Source: Octopus sinensis (Eukaryota). Taken from it: a stretch of DNA of 64,000 nt. The stretch spans positions 111,414,001-111,478,000 of the forward strand of contig NC_043002.1 of NCBI RefSeq assembly GCF_006345805.1. Direction: 5' to 3'. Below the pieces are notes generated by a model. It saw only the letters and a list, made by a program, of their open reading frames with translations, searched no databases and had not been told where the DNA came from. This document shows positions 47,015 to 60,479 of the stretch, in pieces; position 1 is the first letter of the stretch; every line of letters starts with the position of its first letter. A program made the translations under genes and the position numbers.

Positions 47015-47655
47015 TCAACGTTTAACGTCCATTCTCCATGCTAGCATGGGTTGGATGGTTCGACCGGGGATCTGGGAAGCCAGAAGGCTGCACCAGGCTC
47101 CAGTCTTATCTGGCAATGTTTCTACAGCTGGATGCCCTTCCTAACGCCAACCACTCCATGAGTGTAGTGGGTGCTTTTTACGTGCCACCCGCACAGGTGC
47201 CAGGCGAGGCTGGCAACGGCCACGGTCGGATGGTGCTTTTTACGTGCCACCCGCACAGGTTCCAGGCGAGGCTGGCAACGGCCACGGTCGGATTGGTGCA
47301 TTTTACGTGCCACCAGCACGGAAGCCAGTCGAGGCGGCACTGGCATCGGCCACGATTCGGATGGTGCTTTTTACGTGCCACCGGCACGGAAGCCAGTCGA
47401 GGCGGCGCTGGCATCGGCCACGATTCGGATAGTGCTTTTTACGTACTACCAGTCCAGGGGTCCTGGCATCTGCCGGGTGCCAGTCATAGGATTGGTTCAA
47501 TTTCGATTTCGATTTCACTTGCCCCAACAGGTCTTCGCAAGCAAATATGTTGGCATGGGTGCCTGTCGTCGGATGAGGTTTGATATCGACTTTGTTTGCC
47601 TCAACAGGTCTTTGTGTGTCCAAGGGAGGAAAGGCATGCATAAGTGGGCTGGACT
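47015..47655 (-). mobile_element. RTE 3'-UTR fragment (long)
   Basis: Tail, minisatellite and the TTTCGATTTCACTTGCC...ATGCATAAGTGGGCTGG segment shared with 24120-24225. Confidence 0.8.
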
Positions 47656-48468
47656 CACTTGAACAGTTGTGCTAAAAAGACAGCACCTATACTAATCAAT
47701 ATGAAAATGATGAAAAATAACTCTTTCAGATTGATTACTACTGAAACTCAGTGTAATATGGTTCTTTTCCTGAAAGGCTAATTACAAATCTAAGAAGCTT
47801 ATTGTACAAAGAAGAGATGCAAATGCTGCATACATTTTTCACGAGCAGCTTGGCCATCAGTAACTAGCAGGAAATGCAAAAATTACCATATCTTCATTAA
47901 CACATATCTTACAGTAATTTTACTTTGAATCATCATCATCATCATCGTTTAACGTCCGTTTTCCGCACTAGCACGGGTTGGACGGAGTCTGGGAAGCCAG
48001 GGGCTGCACCATGCTCCAGTCTGATCTGGCAGAGTTTCTACAGCTGGATGCCCTTCCTAACGCCAACCACTCCGCGAGTGTAGTGGGTGCTTTTTATGTG
48101 CCACCTGCACAGGTGCAAGGGGGTCCGGCATCGGCCATGATCAGTTGAAGCTTTTAACGTGCCACCGGCACGGAAGCCAGCCCGTTCGGATGGTGCTTTT
48201 TATGTGCCACCGGCACAGAAGCCAGTTGGGGCAGCGCTGGCATCGGCCACATTCGGATGGTGCTTTTTATGTGCTACCGGCACAGAAGCCAGTCGAGGCA
48301 GCGTTGGCAACGGCCACGTTCTGGCACAAATCCACATTTTTTCAGGAGTTTAGCATATTCAATGGCATCAATTCTCTGTATGCAAACAGATCCTATTCCA
48401 CCAACTAAATAGTATAAAGTCCACTGCTCCACCATTCCCAGTGAAATCAAAAGACTTTTACTTTTTAC

Positions 48469-48615
48469 CTGTACAATACCAGGAAGTGCAGCAACATTGC
48501 CAATCTGTTTCATAGCAGGTAAAAAGCCTCCAAATCCACGGTTGTTACAAGACTGTTTTAATTCATCAAACATCAGTTTCTCCAAGTGATCATTTACATA
48601 AAATAATCCCTCCAC
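48469..48615 (-). CDS. RTCB: RTCB coding exon 2 ([19 protein letters not shown]...[21 protein letters not shown])
   Basis: Conserved RtcB sequence, 147 nt, CAG acceptor and GTAAAA donor, phase 0/0. Confidence 0.97.
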
Positions 48616-48836
48616 CTGCAAGTAGAATATTACAGAAATCCAATGATTCACTAAAAAAAATAATATATAGATAATAATGCTTCTGTCAATTGGTATTTCT
48701 AAAAACACGAAAAAATAAAATATGTAAATGATAAATGTAAGTCATTCTCCTGAGAAAGTTTGACCCAAGCCAGGGGCTCTCAACTAGTTTCTTGAGTATT
48801 TTGGGGGCCATTTGAGGATAAAATATATGAAATTAA

Positions 48837-49057
48837 CCCTTTCGTTACTGCATTTATTTTGAGATGCTCTGTATTTCTTTCAATTACTTTAAATATAACA
48901 AAGAATTTAGTAAAATAACTTAGTCATCATTCAGCTGGTGTTAGGAACATAAATTGTGACTAAGGTTTGGTGGGAGATTTTAATTCAAAACTTATGAAAA
49001 GACGACATTTGTACAACGGAGCCAGAGCCGGTTTCAGCCAGGTTGGTAACGAAAGGG
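48837..49057. mobile_element. TTAA-flanked MITE family 1
   Basis: Same internal sequence and TIRs; right TSD mutated to CTAA. Confidence 0.8.
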
Positions 49058-49581
49058 CTAAACAAGAAATTCAATTAAATATAAAATAATGCAATCTAAT
49101 GGAAAACAACATAGGTCAATGTAGGAACACACACTGACAAATCATGTTTAATTGCATTCTAATATGTGACAGATGAATTTTTTGTAGATCAGTGAAAATT
49201 GCTATGGACATCACTGGTTGTTAAGAGTTAGTTTGGTACTTCACAACAGAATCATTTCATTACACATCTACTTTTACAGTTACAATGAACAAAGCCCACT
49301 TGACATCATTTAGGAAATGTTTTTACAAAAATCAAACTTAATAGGAACAGAGTGAAAAATTTTAATAAATTGTGGATTTGATGATGTACAAAATCCATGA
49401 AGCCTCACAAAACCCAATCCAGCATTGCAGTATGTTATGAGTCCACAGGGTTCACCAGCAGAATACAAAGATGCAAAAATAGATTAAACTATAGAGAATG
49501 TACGCACCCAGTCTGGCACATTGCACCTCAGATGATTAACCACTCAGTGTAGGAATATGCAGAATGGTTTTTAAGTAGATG

Positions 49582-50128
49582 ACACGTAAAAGCACCATCC
49601 GTTCGTGGCCGTTGCCAGCCTCGCCTGGCCCCCGTGCCAGTGGCATGTAAAAAGCACCATTCGATCGTGGCCGTTGTCAGCCTTGCCTGGCCCCCGTGCC
49701 AGTGGCATGTAAAAAGCACCATTCGATCGTGGCCGTTGTCAGCCTCGCCTGGCCCCCGTGCCAGTGGCATGTAAAAAGCACCATTCGATCGTGGCCGTTG
49801 TCAGCCTCGCTTGGCCCCTGTGCCAGTGGCATGTAAAAAGCACCATTCGATCGTGGCCGTTGTCAGCCTCGCCTGGCCCCCGTGCCGGTGGCACGTAAAA
49901 AACACCATCTGTCTGTGGCCGTTTGCCAGCTACGTCTGGCCCCCGTGCCGGTGGCACATAAAATGCACCCACTACACTCACGGAGTGGTTGGCGTTAGGA
50001 AGGGCATCCAGCTGTAGAAACACTGCCAGATCAGAGTGGGCCTGATGCAGCCTTCTGGCTTCACAGACCCCAGTTGAACCGTCCAACCCATGCTAGCATG
50101 GAAAGCGGACGCTAAATGATGATGATGA
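49582..50128 (+). repeat. RTE 3'-UTR fragment with a 62-bp minisatellite (~6 units)
   Basis: Units at 49640, 49702, 49764 and 49826; (GAT)n tail near 50117-28. Confidence 0.85.
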
Positions 50129-51047
50129 CGGCATATTTGAAAGAAGACATCTGCATCTAGGCCATAAATCTGCTCAGAGCTGATTGGGGTTACATAGCAA
50201 ATGCTTCCCATTTTTAGAAAAAAAGATGCATAAAAATATTTAAAAGCCATCACACATTAAACTATTTATGAGAACATTCTTATTCTGGTTGGTTGTTATT
50301 CTGCCCATGGAGTTGAAGTGAAATCTATTTTAAAGGCAAAATAAGACAAACATATTTTGCCCTTAATCTTTTAGTATTCAGATTATCAAATATAATGTGT
50401 ATTTATTTACATTAATCAGGCATTAATCTTGCAGTTTTAAGATTTCAATCATGTGATTCTTTTACTTGTTTCAGTCATCTGACTGCGGCCATGCTGGAGC
50501 ACCGCCTTTAATCGAGCAACTCGACTCCCGGAACTTATTCTTTTGTAAGCCTAGTACTTATTCTATCGGTCTATTTTGCCGAACCGCTAAGTAACGGGGA
50601 CATAAACACACCAGCATCGGTTGTCAAGCAATGCTAGGGGGACAAACACACACACACGCATATACATACATATATACGACGGGCTTCTTTCAGTTTCCGT
50701 CTACCAAATCCACTCACAAGGCTTTGGTCGGCCCGAGGCTATAGTAGAAGACACTTGCCCAAGGTGCCACGCAGTGGAACTGAACCCGGAACCATGTGGT
50801 TGGTAAACAAGCTACTTACCACACAGCCACTCCTGCGCCTATGATTGTTTATTTTTGAAATGACATTGTAGGGTAGGTGTGAGGGGGGGGCACCTATGGC
50901 CAGTTGAAATACTAAAAGGCTAAAGCAGGGTTTGAACCTATGACTTTGTTGTAAACATTCCAGTACTCGTACTTGAGCATCTCAGCTATTTTAGTTTTCT
51001 TTGTTAAAATTTAAATAATATTTGAAAGCCAACTTTTATGCACTTAC

Positions 51048-51137
51048 ATTCATATTGGAAACAAAACCTTTCTTGATTCTCCAACTGCGAGGAGTAACCT
51101 TCTCCAGATATTTGAGTTCTTCATTGTAGGTCCTCAT
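51048..51137 (-). CDS. RTCB: RTCB coding exon 1 (MRTYNEELKYLEKVTPRSWRIKKGFVSNMN)
   Basis: Matches the metazoan RtcB N-terminus; ATG in ACAACCATGA context; donor GTAAGT at 51047. An upstream acceptor (AG at 51158-57) implies a separate non-coding first exon. Confidence 0.93.
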
Positions 51138-51632
51138 GGTTGTAGATGTTGAGAAACTGTCCATAGAGAAAACAAACATGTTCATAAAATTAGCGAAAGT
51201 TTTTGGCTTGTAAAAATTTAGCAACATTAATAAATGACAAATTGTAATGAATGATAAAATACGGTGTGACCATGAGAGTTGTGTATCATTATAGGATAAA
51301 CTTTCAATTGTAAACAATTTCAGAGTATGGAAAATACAAAAAATAAATATATAAAGCTAATAACCTGATCAGTTCAATTCAGCAGCTATTAAAAAAAAAA
51401 ATCAGTCAATGAAGGAGACTTGATAGATCTGTTAGAATTATCAACCAAATCTCCCTCAGTCCACCCCTAACATCTTAAAAAAGGAAGAATATAGGATAAA
51501 ATACTCCTAGATATATGACCGCAGCAAAATGAACTGGTCAGGACTGGAACATCTTTCATCATAGGTCTGTTCAATCAAAACTGATCAGTGCTAAAACAAA
51601 GTAACTGTCAAATTGAGATATATTATCTTTAA

Positions 51633-51847
51633 CCCTTTTGTTACTGTATTTATTTTGAGATGCTCAAAATTTCTTTCAATTATTTTAAATATAACAATGA
51701 ATTTAGTAAAATAACTTAGTTATCATTAAGCTAGCGTTAGGAACATAAGTTGTGACTAAGGTTTGGGGGAAGATTTTAATGAAAAACTAATGAAAACAAG
51801 ACATTTGTACTACAGAGCCAGTTTTGGCTGGGTTGGTAATGAAAGGG
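51633..51847. mobile_element. TTAA-flanked MITE family 1
   Basis: Same family, TTAA on both sides. Confidence 0.8.
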
Positions 51848-53869
51848 TTAAAGATCATGACTTAGAGAATAAGGGAGAACTGTGTAAGAAGTGTGTGAGT
51901 TCAAGTCCAGTTAGTGGACATGTACACAAACATGGTAACTTTATCACCTTATGACAGAAAAGATCACATCATTTGAAGAAACATTACTCATGGGTGACAG
52001 CAGCATGAAAAACAGTAAAATTAAATTTGTATTATTTATTATCATTGTCTTTGCACAGCTTCTAATGCTGGAGATCTACTATGGTGTCAGCTGTTCACTA
52101 TCAGTGAACTAAGGTAATACCTCTTGTTTTTCAAGCACCTTCCAGAGTATTCAAAGCAGTTCCAAGCAGTGCTGTTTTCTGCAAGTGCTCCACCCTTATT
52201 GCAGCCCCTATTTGTTCCATGTACTTCTCAAGATTTTTACTCAGTTTCCAGGGCTCTGACAATTATTGATACTACTACCACCTTTTTTCATCAACCACAA
52301 CTGCTTAAACCCCCCAAGCTAACCTGACATATCTATCGACTTTTCTTTCTTCCTTATTGCATACCTTGTTGTCAGCTGGGCATGCTATATCTATGATACA
52401 GTACAGTTTTTATTATTATTATTATTTTTTTTTTAAGACTTTGTGTATTAAATATATTGACTGGAAATATTTGTACGTTTATGGAAACAATAGTAATTAA
52501 TGACTAATATTGTTTTTATTTTTTATAGCAATTATGGAAAACAATTCTAAACAAGTTTTGGTTTCATTTTAACACCACCAGTGAAATGTAGTCACCAACT
52601 TACTGCTGCAGCAGTAATGGGAGAATTACTGTATACAGTCTTGTATATTAGTTGAGCCTGGGATGGTGTGATGTCTTTTTGACTTGTATGTGACATGGAT
52701 TTAAGTAAGGAAGGTTGACTATCATCTTCTGCCTCACTCTCTTGTCCCTTCCTGATTCCACTGGCAGAACAAAGTCAAGATGACTAGAGATATTATTATT
52801 ACTATTATTAGTTGAGTAGGAAATAGCCTTAAGAGAATAAATAATTCAGAGATACCTCTCTATGAAAAACAATATAGAGCATCACTATTAAGTATGTTGA
52901 AGGCTATGTTTCACTGATGGAGGGACAAGTTCAAAACATGCCTGCAGTGGTCTCCCATACCTGCTGAATAATAAATGATTATTTCTGATTTAGGTACAAG
53001 GCCAGTAAGCTTGAGGGGAGGAAATTTATGTTTTGAAATCTAATGAAGATTACTTAGGACAAACAGGATAAACTTTTAGAAAATGAATAACTGTTTATCA
53101 ACAAATCCCAAATCCCAGGACACAAAAGAAACTCATTAGTGAACATTTGAATTTATATGCATTAAATAAATTCCCTAAATATTGGTTTCAAAGCCAGGGT
53201 TAAATTGGTTCTGGTGGAATTTAAACTCAGGATGAAGAGCCAGAAGAAATCCTGCTAAGCATTTCACCCAGCATACTAATGATTCTGCCAGCTTGCTGCC
53301 TTAAATTCCCTAAATATTAAATTTTCTCATTGTACCTAGTGGATGATGACACCTTTGCACCACTCAGGCGACAAACCACCAATCCATAGACCTGTTTGAG
53401 TAGTCATTGCTGGTGAGGGTTTTAAGAGGTCAGAGTGCAAATCCTACCTCAACATCTTTTAGCTGCCTTTTAAGAAATGCAGAGGAAACATTGGGTTCAT
53501 TCTTAGACATGCTAGTCCCCACACAGAACTAGAGGAATGTGAAATGAAGAGTCTTGCTCAAGAAAACAACATACTGCCTAGTCTAGGAATTGAACCCATA
53601 ACCTGGCAACCATGAATACAACACCCTAACCACTAGGTCATGTGCCTTTACGATCTTTGTCAAAATTCATTGATGAATATTGATTCCTACATGGCTTCAT
53701 CAATAAACATCAAAACATTTTTTTCAAATTTGATTTAAGATGTTATTTTTGTAGTATTTTAGTCAAAATTTTACATGCTTGATGTGTACACTTTAATAAA
53801 TTTTTATTGATTTCTTTTAGAATATTGAGGCGCAGAAATCCTTAATTTCAAACATGAAAAAAGAAGAAA

Positions 53870-54617
53870 TGTATTTACTTTTTTTTGCATTAATTCAAGC
53901 TTGGACATAATGCTTCCCAAACAGTCATCAATATCAAGAGCATGGGGTGAAGGGTCCACTTGTGATCAGACAGTACACTGGTGGTTTGAGAGATTCCATG
54001 GTGGAGATGAGAGCCTTGAAGGTCAAGGAAGTAGAGGATGTCCATCTACCCTTGATGATTAGCATTTGAAAACAACAGTCAACAAAACCCATGACAAAGT
54101 GTCAGAGAAATGTTTCATATGCTTGGTATTTATTTATTTAAAAATTTTTTTATTTTATCTAGTTTCAGCTCACGAGCTGTGGCCATGCTGGGGCACCGCC
54201 ATTTCTGTAAGAAACTGGAAGAAATGCATGTTCATTTGAGTAAAATGAGACCTGCACTTGTTAATCAATGAGGTCCGATTCTGCTCCACAACAACGCTTG
54301 AGCGCACATTTCCAGGGTGACACTGCAGAAACTCACAGACTTGGAATACGAGACTTTACCACACCCTCCCACTAACTACCACTCTTACAAGCATCTAGAC
54401 ACATTTTAAGGCAAAAAAACCTTGTTCAAGGATTTCTTGGCATCAAAACCTCTGGATTTTTTATTGAAGAGACATAAATGACCTTGTTAATCGATGGGAG
54501 AAATGCATAGCGATTCAGGGATCATATTTTGAATAATTAAAATCTTTGTATAAATCCAGTTTTTCCAAAATATAAACTTATTTATAAAAGTGGCCATTAT
54601 TTTCCAAACAACCTAAT
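53870..54617 (+). mobile_element. Internally deleted Hsmar1-like mariner remnant
   Basis: FKLGHNASQT...WWFERF.GGDESLE and PILLHNNA...ETLPHPP remnants; right end AACAACCTAAT resembles the mariner ATTAGGTT TIR. Confidence 0.7.
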
Positions 54618-55759
54618 TTTTAAGTCTCTGCACACCTAACTCTCTAAAGCTTTACTCTGAGATTAAAGAAAGAAATCAACCCTATACCTTACTTTTCATC
54701 TCAGCAATAAGAAGGTATAAGAGTGTGTGTATCATCATCATCATCATCATCGTTTAACGTCCGTTCTCCATGCTAGCATGGGTTGGACGGTTCGACCGGG
54801 GATCTGGGAAGCCAGAAGGCTGCACCAGGCACCAGTCTTATCTGGCAGTGTTTCTACAGCTGGATGCCCTTCCTAACGCCAACCACTCCGTTATATGTGT
54901 ATTTATTTAATGGGTTCAATACCAGAAACCTGAAACACTGGTCCCAAAATTACCAATGTTAAAAAAAAATTCTATATTTAAACTGAAATCTCATTTTTAC
55001 ATGAAGATTAATGCAAGGTTTCATTTAGTCAAAACCCAAACATACTTATATGCAAGAATCTTTTTCCAAACATGAAGTTAATAAACCAAGTAAATAGGAA
55101 AAAAAAAAATTACTGATTTCTTTTGACTAATATTTTTTTAAGGGAGGAGATAAACTGTGTTGATCCCTCAATTTCTCATATCTACTGGTATTTACGGGAG
55201 CTTTGTTTCAAATAAACACCAAATCTCACTCAAATTACATTGCACAATATTAAACAAAGACATTTGAAGGCCTAGATATACAGAGTGAAAAAACACAGCA
55301 GGTTGGTCATGAATACAGGTGTTTACAAACAAATCTATTCAAATCATCTATACCAGTCTTTGCCTGACAACAATTCATTATTTTGTGTTGGCCTTATGAG
55401 TCATCTTAGTGTTTATACATTTCCTTCTTTATTTGTGTGTTGTTCGACTGCTGTATGTGGTTTGTTGTGTGTATGTTTACATAAAGTGCAGATTTACCCA
55501 TTACTAGAATACATATGGTATACCCTGGGATAAATCTCTGATCATGTTAAGTTAAAAAAAGCTAACAAACTGAATGGTCTGTTAATACACATCTTTAAGT
55601 AACTAGTATTTTATATGAAGTTTCTAATATCTTCTGTCTCTTTTGTTGTCAGTGATAAGTGTGAGCAGATACATAATGGTACACTTACTGATGTTGAAAA
55701 GAAAGATGCGTTGAAGTGCTCCAATAAAAAGTTATTAAATATGGAGAATGCATAGGAGA

Positions 55760-57620
55760 AAGAGGGGTTTTCTTAACATGGACCCAACAGAAGAACCAGC
55801 TATCCTAGTCAACAACAGTATGAAAGATAAAGCAATCAAAGATATGAAGGCAAGGAATGCCCCTGGGCCATCATGAATCATTGCCAAGATGCTTCTAATA
55901 TCTAGCAGGGTAGTTTATAGCCCAGTCAGCCATATATCTAGTTAATTGAGTTTTACAGCCAGTGAAGCAATATTGCAGTCGACTGTTACAAGGTCAAAGG
56001 AGATGTTTTAGACAGATAATTACAGAAGTGTCAAATTACTGAACTAGATTATTGCAGAAAGTTATAGTCCAATTAATTATGAAGAGAATTAGGACAGATG
56101 GGATACAGTTCAGTTTTGTGCCAAGGAGAAGTACTACTGGTGTCTTCTTCCTTATCAGGTTTAGCTAAAAGTAAATCATTGTACTTGGTATTCTCTAACC
56201 TGGAGAAAGCCTTTGAAGGGTTCCTCACTTTGTGATCTGGTGGTTGCTGAGGATGCTAGGGGTAGACACATGGCTTGTGATAGTCATACAAGTCAAGTAC
56301 AGGAGTGTTGTTAGCAAGGTGAGAACTAGCAACAAGTACAACAATGAATTTGGTGTACAAATAGACACTCAGTAATGTTTAGTTACCAGTCCCCTCCAAT
56401 TTATCATAGTTCTCTAGGTTACAACCGAGGAATTTAAGACTGGCCACCCTTAGGAACCACTCTATGCTGACGACCTCATTTGTGTAGCAGAATTTGCATT
56501 AGAATTAGGAGAATAAATTTCCAGGTGTAGAGGCAAAACCTGGAACCAAAGCACCTTAAAGCTAACTTAGTAAAGACCAACATTCTAGTTAGTAAGAAAA
56601 TGGCTCTGCTTGATATGTAGGAACATGTAGAAAAGGAGTAGGTAGAAATTCCATATGGTATGCTCAATGCAACTTATTGGCACATAGGGAGATTAACTGA
56701 GAAAGCAGGCTTTGTCTGTGGCCGATGTGCAGGAACAATAAACACTAAGGCGCAGGAGTGGCTGTGTGGTAAGTAGCTTGCTTACCAATCACATGGTTCC
56801 GGGTTCAGTCCCACTGCGTGGCACCTTAGGTAAGTGTCTTCTACTATAGCCTCTAGCCAACCAAAGCCTTGTGAGTGGATTTGGTAGACGGAAACTGAAA
56901 GAAGCCCGTCGTATATATATATGTATGCGTGTGTGTGTTTGTCCCCCTAGCATTGCTTGACAACCGATGCTGGTGTGTTTATGTCCCCGTTACTTAGCGG
57001 TTCGACAAAAGAGACCGATAGAATAAGTACTGGGTTTACAAAAGAATAAGTCCCGGGGTTGAGTTGCTCGATTGAAGGCGGTGCTCCAGCATGGCCGCAG
57101 TCAAATGACTGAAACAAGTAAAAGAGTAAAAGACTAAGAACACAAGGGAAACAAATTTTCTCAAATGCTCTAAAAGTAGAAGATAGTTTCTGTGCCTGAG
57201 TGGTGCAGGAGGATGTTCTGAAAGTATAGTTGCTAGCATAGGAAGGAGAAAGCTCAGAGAGCTATCACTTCTGTTGGTAACAAAAGGGCTTCTTTTCAGA
57301 GTGAAAGGCAGATTGTATGATGCTTATGTATGAACAGTAATGCTTCATGGTTGTGAGAGGGGCTCCATGTGCAGAAGATATGCTAAGACTAGAGAGGAAT
57401 GAAGCTTGTATACTCCGTTGGATATGCAATGTCAGTGTGCATGTACAAAGCACAAACCTTGGGAGAAAAACTGGACATAAGAGGAATCAGATGTAATCTG
57501 CAAGAAGATGATTTCACTGGTATGCCAACATGATGCATACAAATGAGAAGTGTTGATTGCTAAATGTAGATGGAACTTGTGGAAGAGGGAAACACAAGAA
57601 GGCTTGGCTTCTTAGCTTCA
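55760..57620 (+). mobile_element. Decayed RTE LINE RT region with a SINE inserted at 56748-57133
   Basis: QFSFVPRRST, FSNLEKAF and LYADDL (56460-75) remnants; many disablements. Confidence 0.7.
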
Positions 57621-57899
57621 TGCTCTTGCTTGATAGGGCTGGAGTCATTCCAAGTTAGTGATCCCAGAGGTGTCATCACGCAAAAAGTCAACCAGGCTCA
57701 CCAGTGCTCTCCATCACTGGTGGTTCCGGGCCAGCCCCTCTGCATCCTCTAATGTGATGTACTACTGTACAGAGCTTTTTACATAGGTGCTTTTTACATG
57801 GCACCAACACCAGTGGGGTTGCCAATTAACTTGCAAGACAAAGACCTCTTAGTTGAGAGAGGGAGTGGAACAGAGTAAAGTGGTTGTGTGCTAGGTGAG

Positions 57900-58260
57900 A
57901 GGTTAGAGTAGAGGGACAAATAATTGTCTTATCCCAAGGAGATATTTGGTTACCCTGGGAGAAGGGAGGGAGCGAGAAGCATCTGGAGATCTTCCCCAAT
58001 CACGTCCAGCCATCGGGTGCTGGGCCTGCCTTGAGGCCACTTCAAACCCACAGCTGCTGCATTGAATGAAAGTAAAGCCCTGGTAGGATGATCTAGTGGG
58101 AGACAGTGGACATGTCTGTACCAGTAGATAGCTACAAGGTGGGAGGCTGTGGGTTGATACATGTGCGCGCAGTTCTTTGTTGGAAACATGATGGTACCAT
58201 CTGATGCTTCTGATGGTTTTCAGCACTCTGCTATCGAAACCGTCAATTATCTTTCCAAGG
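57900..58260 (-). mobile_element. RTE/RTE-X-like LINE 3' remnant
   Basis: FDSRVLKTI...VSNKEL...YWYRHV...GRPSTRWLDVIGEDL. Confidence 0.65.
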
Positions 58261-59418
58261 GTCTGCAAGAGAGGCCAAGACAAAAAAAAAAAAAAAATGA
58301 AGGCTGATCTCAAAACACTGAGCCTCATGGAGATGACAATGGACTGAGATGAATGCTGAATTGTTGTGCCTGAGAAAAAACCTGTCTGAATGAAAAAAGA
58401 ACTATGTTTACGTCTATCCCAGTCAAGTCTTCACCACCACATCTTCCAAACATCCACCTTTCCAACTACAGCCCCACTCAGTTGCTATGAGAGCAGAATA
58501 TGAACATATTTCATTCTCCTTTGTGCTACCAGGTACCTCCCCATTCTTCCTGGAACCATTTGCTGTTAACATCCAACCCTCATTTTCAACATCCTCCCAT
58601 TCTGTGCCTCCATGAGATACATCTGAGGATTGTCATAACCTTATCTGCTACCATTCTCATCACCCTCTTATATCAGCTATTTATGGTTTCCTTTCACCTT
58701 TGCCCTCGTCCTCACTATATATTTCATTACTGCCCACAAGGGGCTAAACACAGAGGGGACAAACAAGGACAGACAAAGGGATTAAGTCGATTACATCGAC
58801 CCCAGTGCGTAACTGGTACTTTATTTATCGACCCTGAAAGGATGAAAGGCAAAGTCGACCTCGGCGGAATTTGAACTCAGAACGTAACAACAGACGAAAT
58901 ACCTATTTCTTTACTACCCACAAGGGGCTAAACATAGAGGGGACAAACAAGGACAGACACAGGGATTAAGTCGATTACATCGACCCCAGTGCGTAACTGG
59001 TACTTAATTTATCGACCCCGAAAGGATGAAAGACAAAGTTGACCTCGGCGGAATTTGAACTCAGAACGTAATGGCAGGCGAAATACGGCTACGCACTTCG
59101 CCCGGCTTACTAACGTTTCTGCCAGCTCACCGCCTTCTATAGTCACTATAGCCACCCTAACATACCCAACAACAATCTCTGTCACTGTATATGTTATTCC
59201 AACCCCTCCTCCAACCTGCACATCATCTCCATATTTACTGATCTAACTACGGGGTTTATTATTCTGCTGTTCTGTTTCCTTTCTGTACTCCCACTTACCA
59301 CATCCTTCTCCTTAAGCCACTTATATTCTTTCACCCCCACCTCTCTTGCCATACTGATATTTACCACTGACCACACGTCCACCCATGCTTCATTAACTAC
59401 ATTCACCTCTACACCCAT

Positions 59419-59466
59419 TTCTAAGCATCTACACTTCTAAGCATCTACACTTCTAAGCATCTACAC
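59419..59466 (+). repeat. 16-bp tandem repeat x3 (TTCTAAGCATCTACAC)
   Basis: Three exact adjacent copies. Confidence 0.95.
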
Positions 59467-60115
59467 TTGTATCAGGAGAGCATCTATTTGTCTGATTGTG
59501 TGTGTGAATATATATATATATATATATATATATGTATACATATCATCATCATCGTTTAACGTCTGTTTTCCGCGCTAGCACGGGTTGGACGGTTCGATCG
59601 GGGTCTGGGAAGCCAGGGGCTGCACCAGGCTCCAGTCTGATCTGGCAGTGTTTCTACAGCTGGATGCCCTTCCTAACGCCAACCACTCCGCGAGTGTAGT
59701 GGGTGCTTTTTACATGCCACTGGCACAGGTGCCAGGGGAGTGTGGCATTGGCCATGATCGGTTGATGCTTTTAACGTGCCACCGGCACGGAAGCCAGCCA
59801 AGGTGGCACTGGCATCGGCCACGTTCGGATGGTGCTTTTTATGTATAAGTCGTATAGAGAGTGATGTTCTATAAAAGTGTGAGGAGAGATGTTTAGAGAT
59901 AGGAAGGCATGACTGTAGCAAGTGATGGTGAGGAAAATTGGAGTGGCTGGGAGTAAGTTAGATATGTGTGGATAGGCACATGAGAGAGATTGGAGGGGCC
60001 TGCAGTAGGCATCGGGGAAGATGGATTTAGACAGAGGCCAGATAATGGGTGTGTGTAGGGGGGAAGGGGCATGGCTGGAATAAGACAATTTTTGACTCTT
60101 ACAAAACAATTTAAT

Positions 60116-60335
60116 CCTTTAGCATTCAAACCAACCATATCCGGCCAAAATATTTAACCTGTTTTATATTGAAACTGACCAGCTCTCGCCCCTCACCTCA
60201 GCCCTACCATGTCATTCTAAAACTAAAAAAATCACATCATTGAAATCTCTAAACTACAAGATAATGCATGATTAATTCAAAGCAATATAAATAAGCAAAT
60301 ATCACATTTGACAGAATAATCCGAACACTAAAGGG
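60116..60335. mobile_element. TTAA-flanked MITE family 2
   Basis: TTAA|TCCTTTAGCATT...CACTAAAGGG|TTAA; same orientation as the 28535 copy. Confidence 0.75.
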
Positions 60336-60479
60336 TTAAGCCATCAAGTGAAACTAAAGGTAGTGGTGTGAAAAGGAACTGTAAATGTAAAACACTGGAT
60401 ATTTAACTAGACCCATGTAAAAAGTGGGAGAAAAAAATCAGCTACATTGCCAAAACATTGAAGTTTGCAACATCCACAG

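Noticed and set aside
49590-49960. Regularly spaced repeats resembling a CRISPR array (also 10380-10665, 47160-47450)
   Set aside because: The units are contiguous 62/67-bp tandem repeats with no unique spacers, lie inside an RTE 3' UTR, and there are no cas genes; the DNA is eukaryotic.
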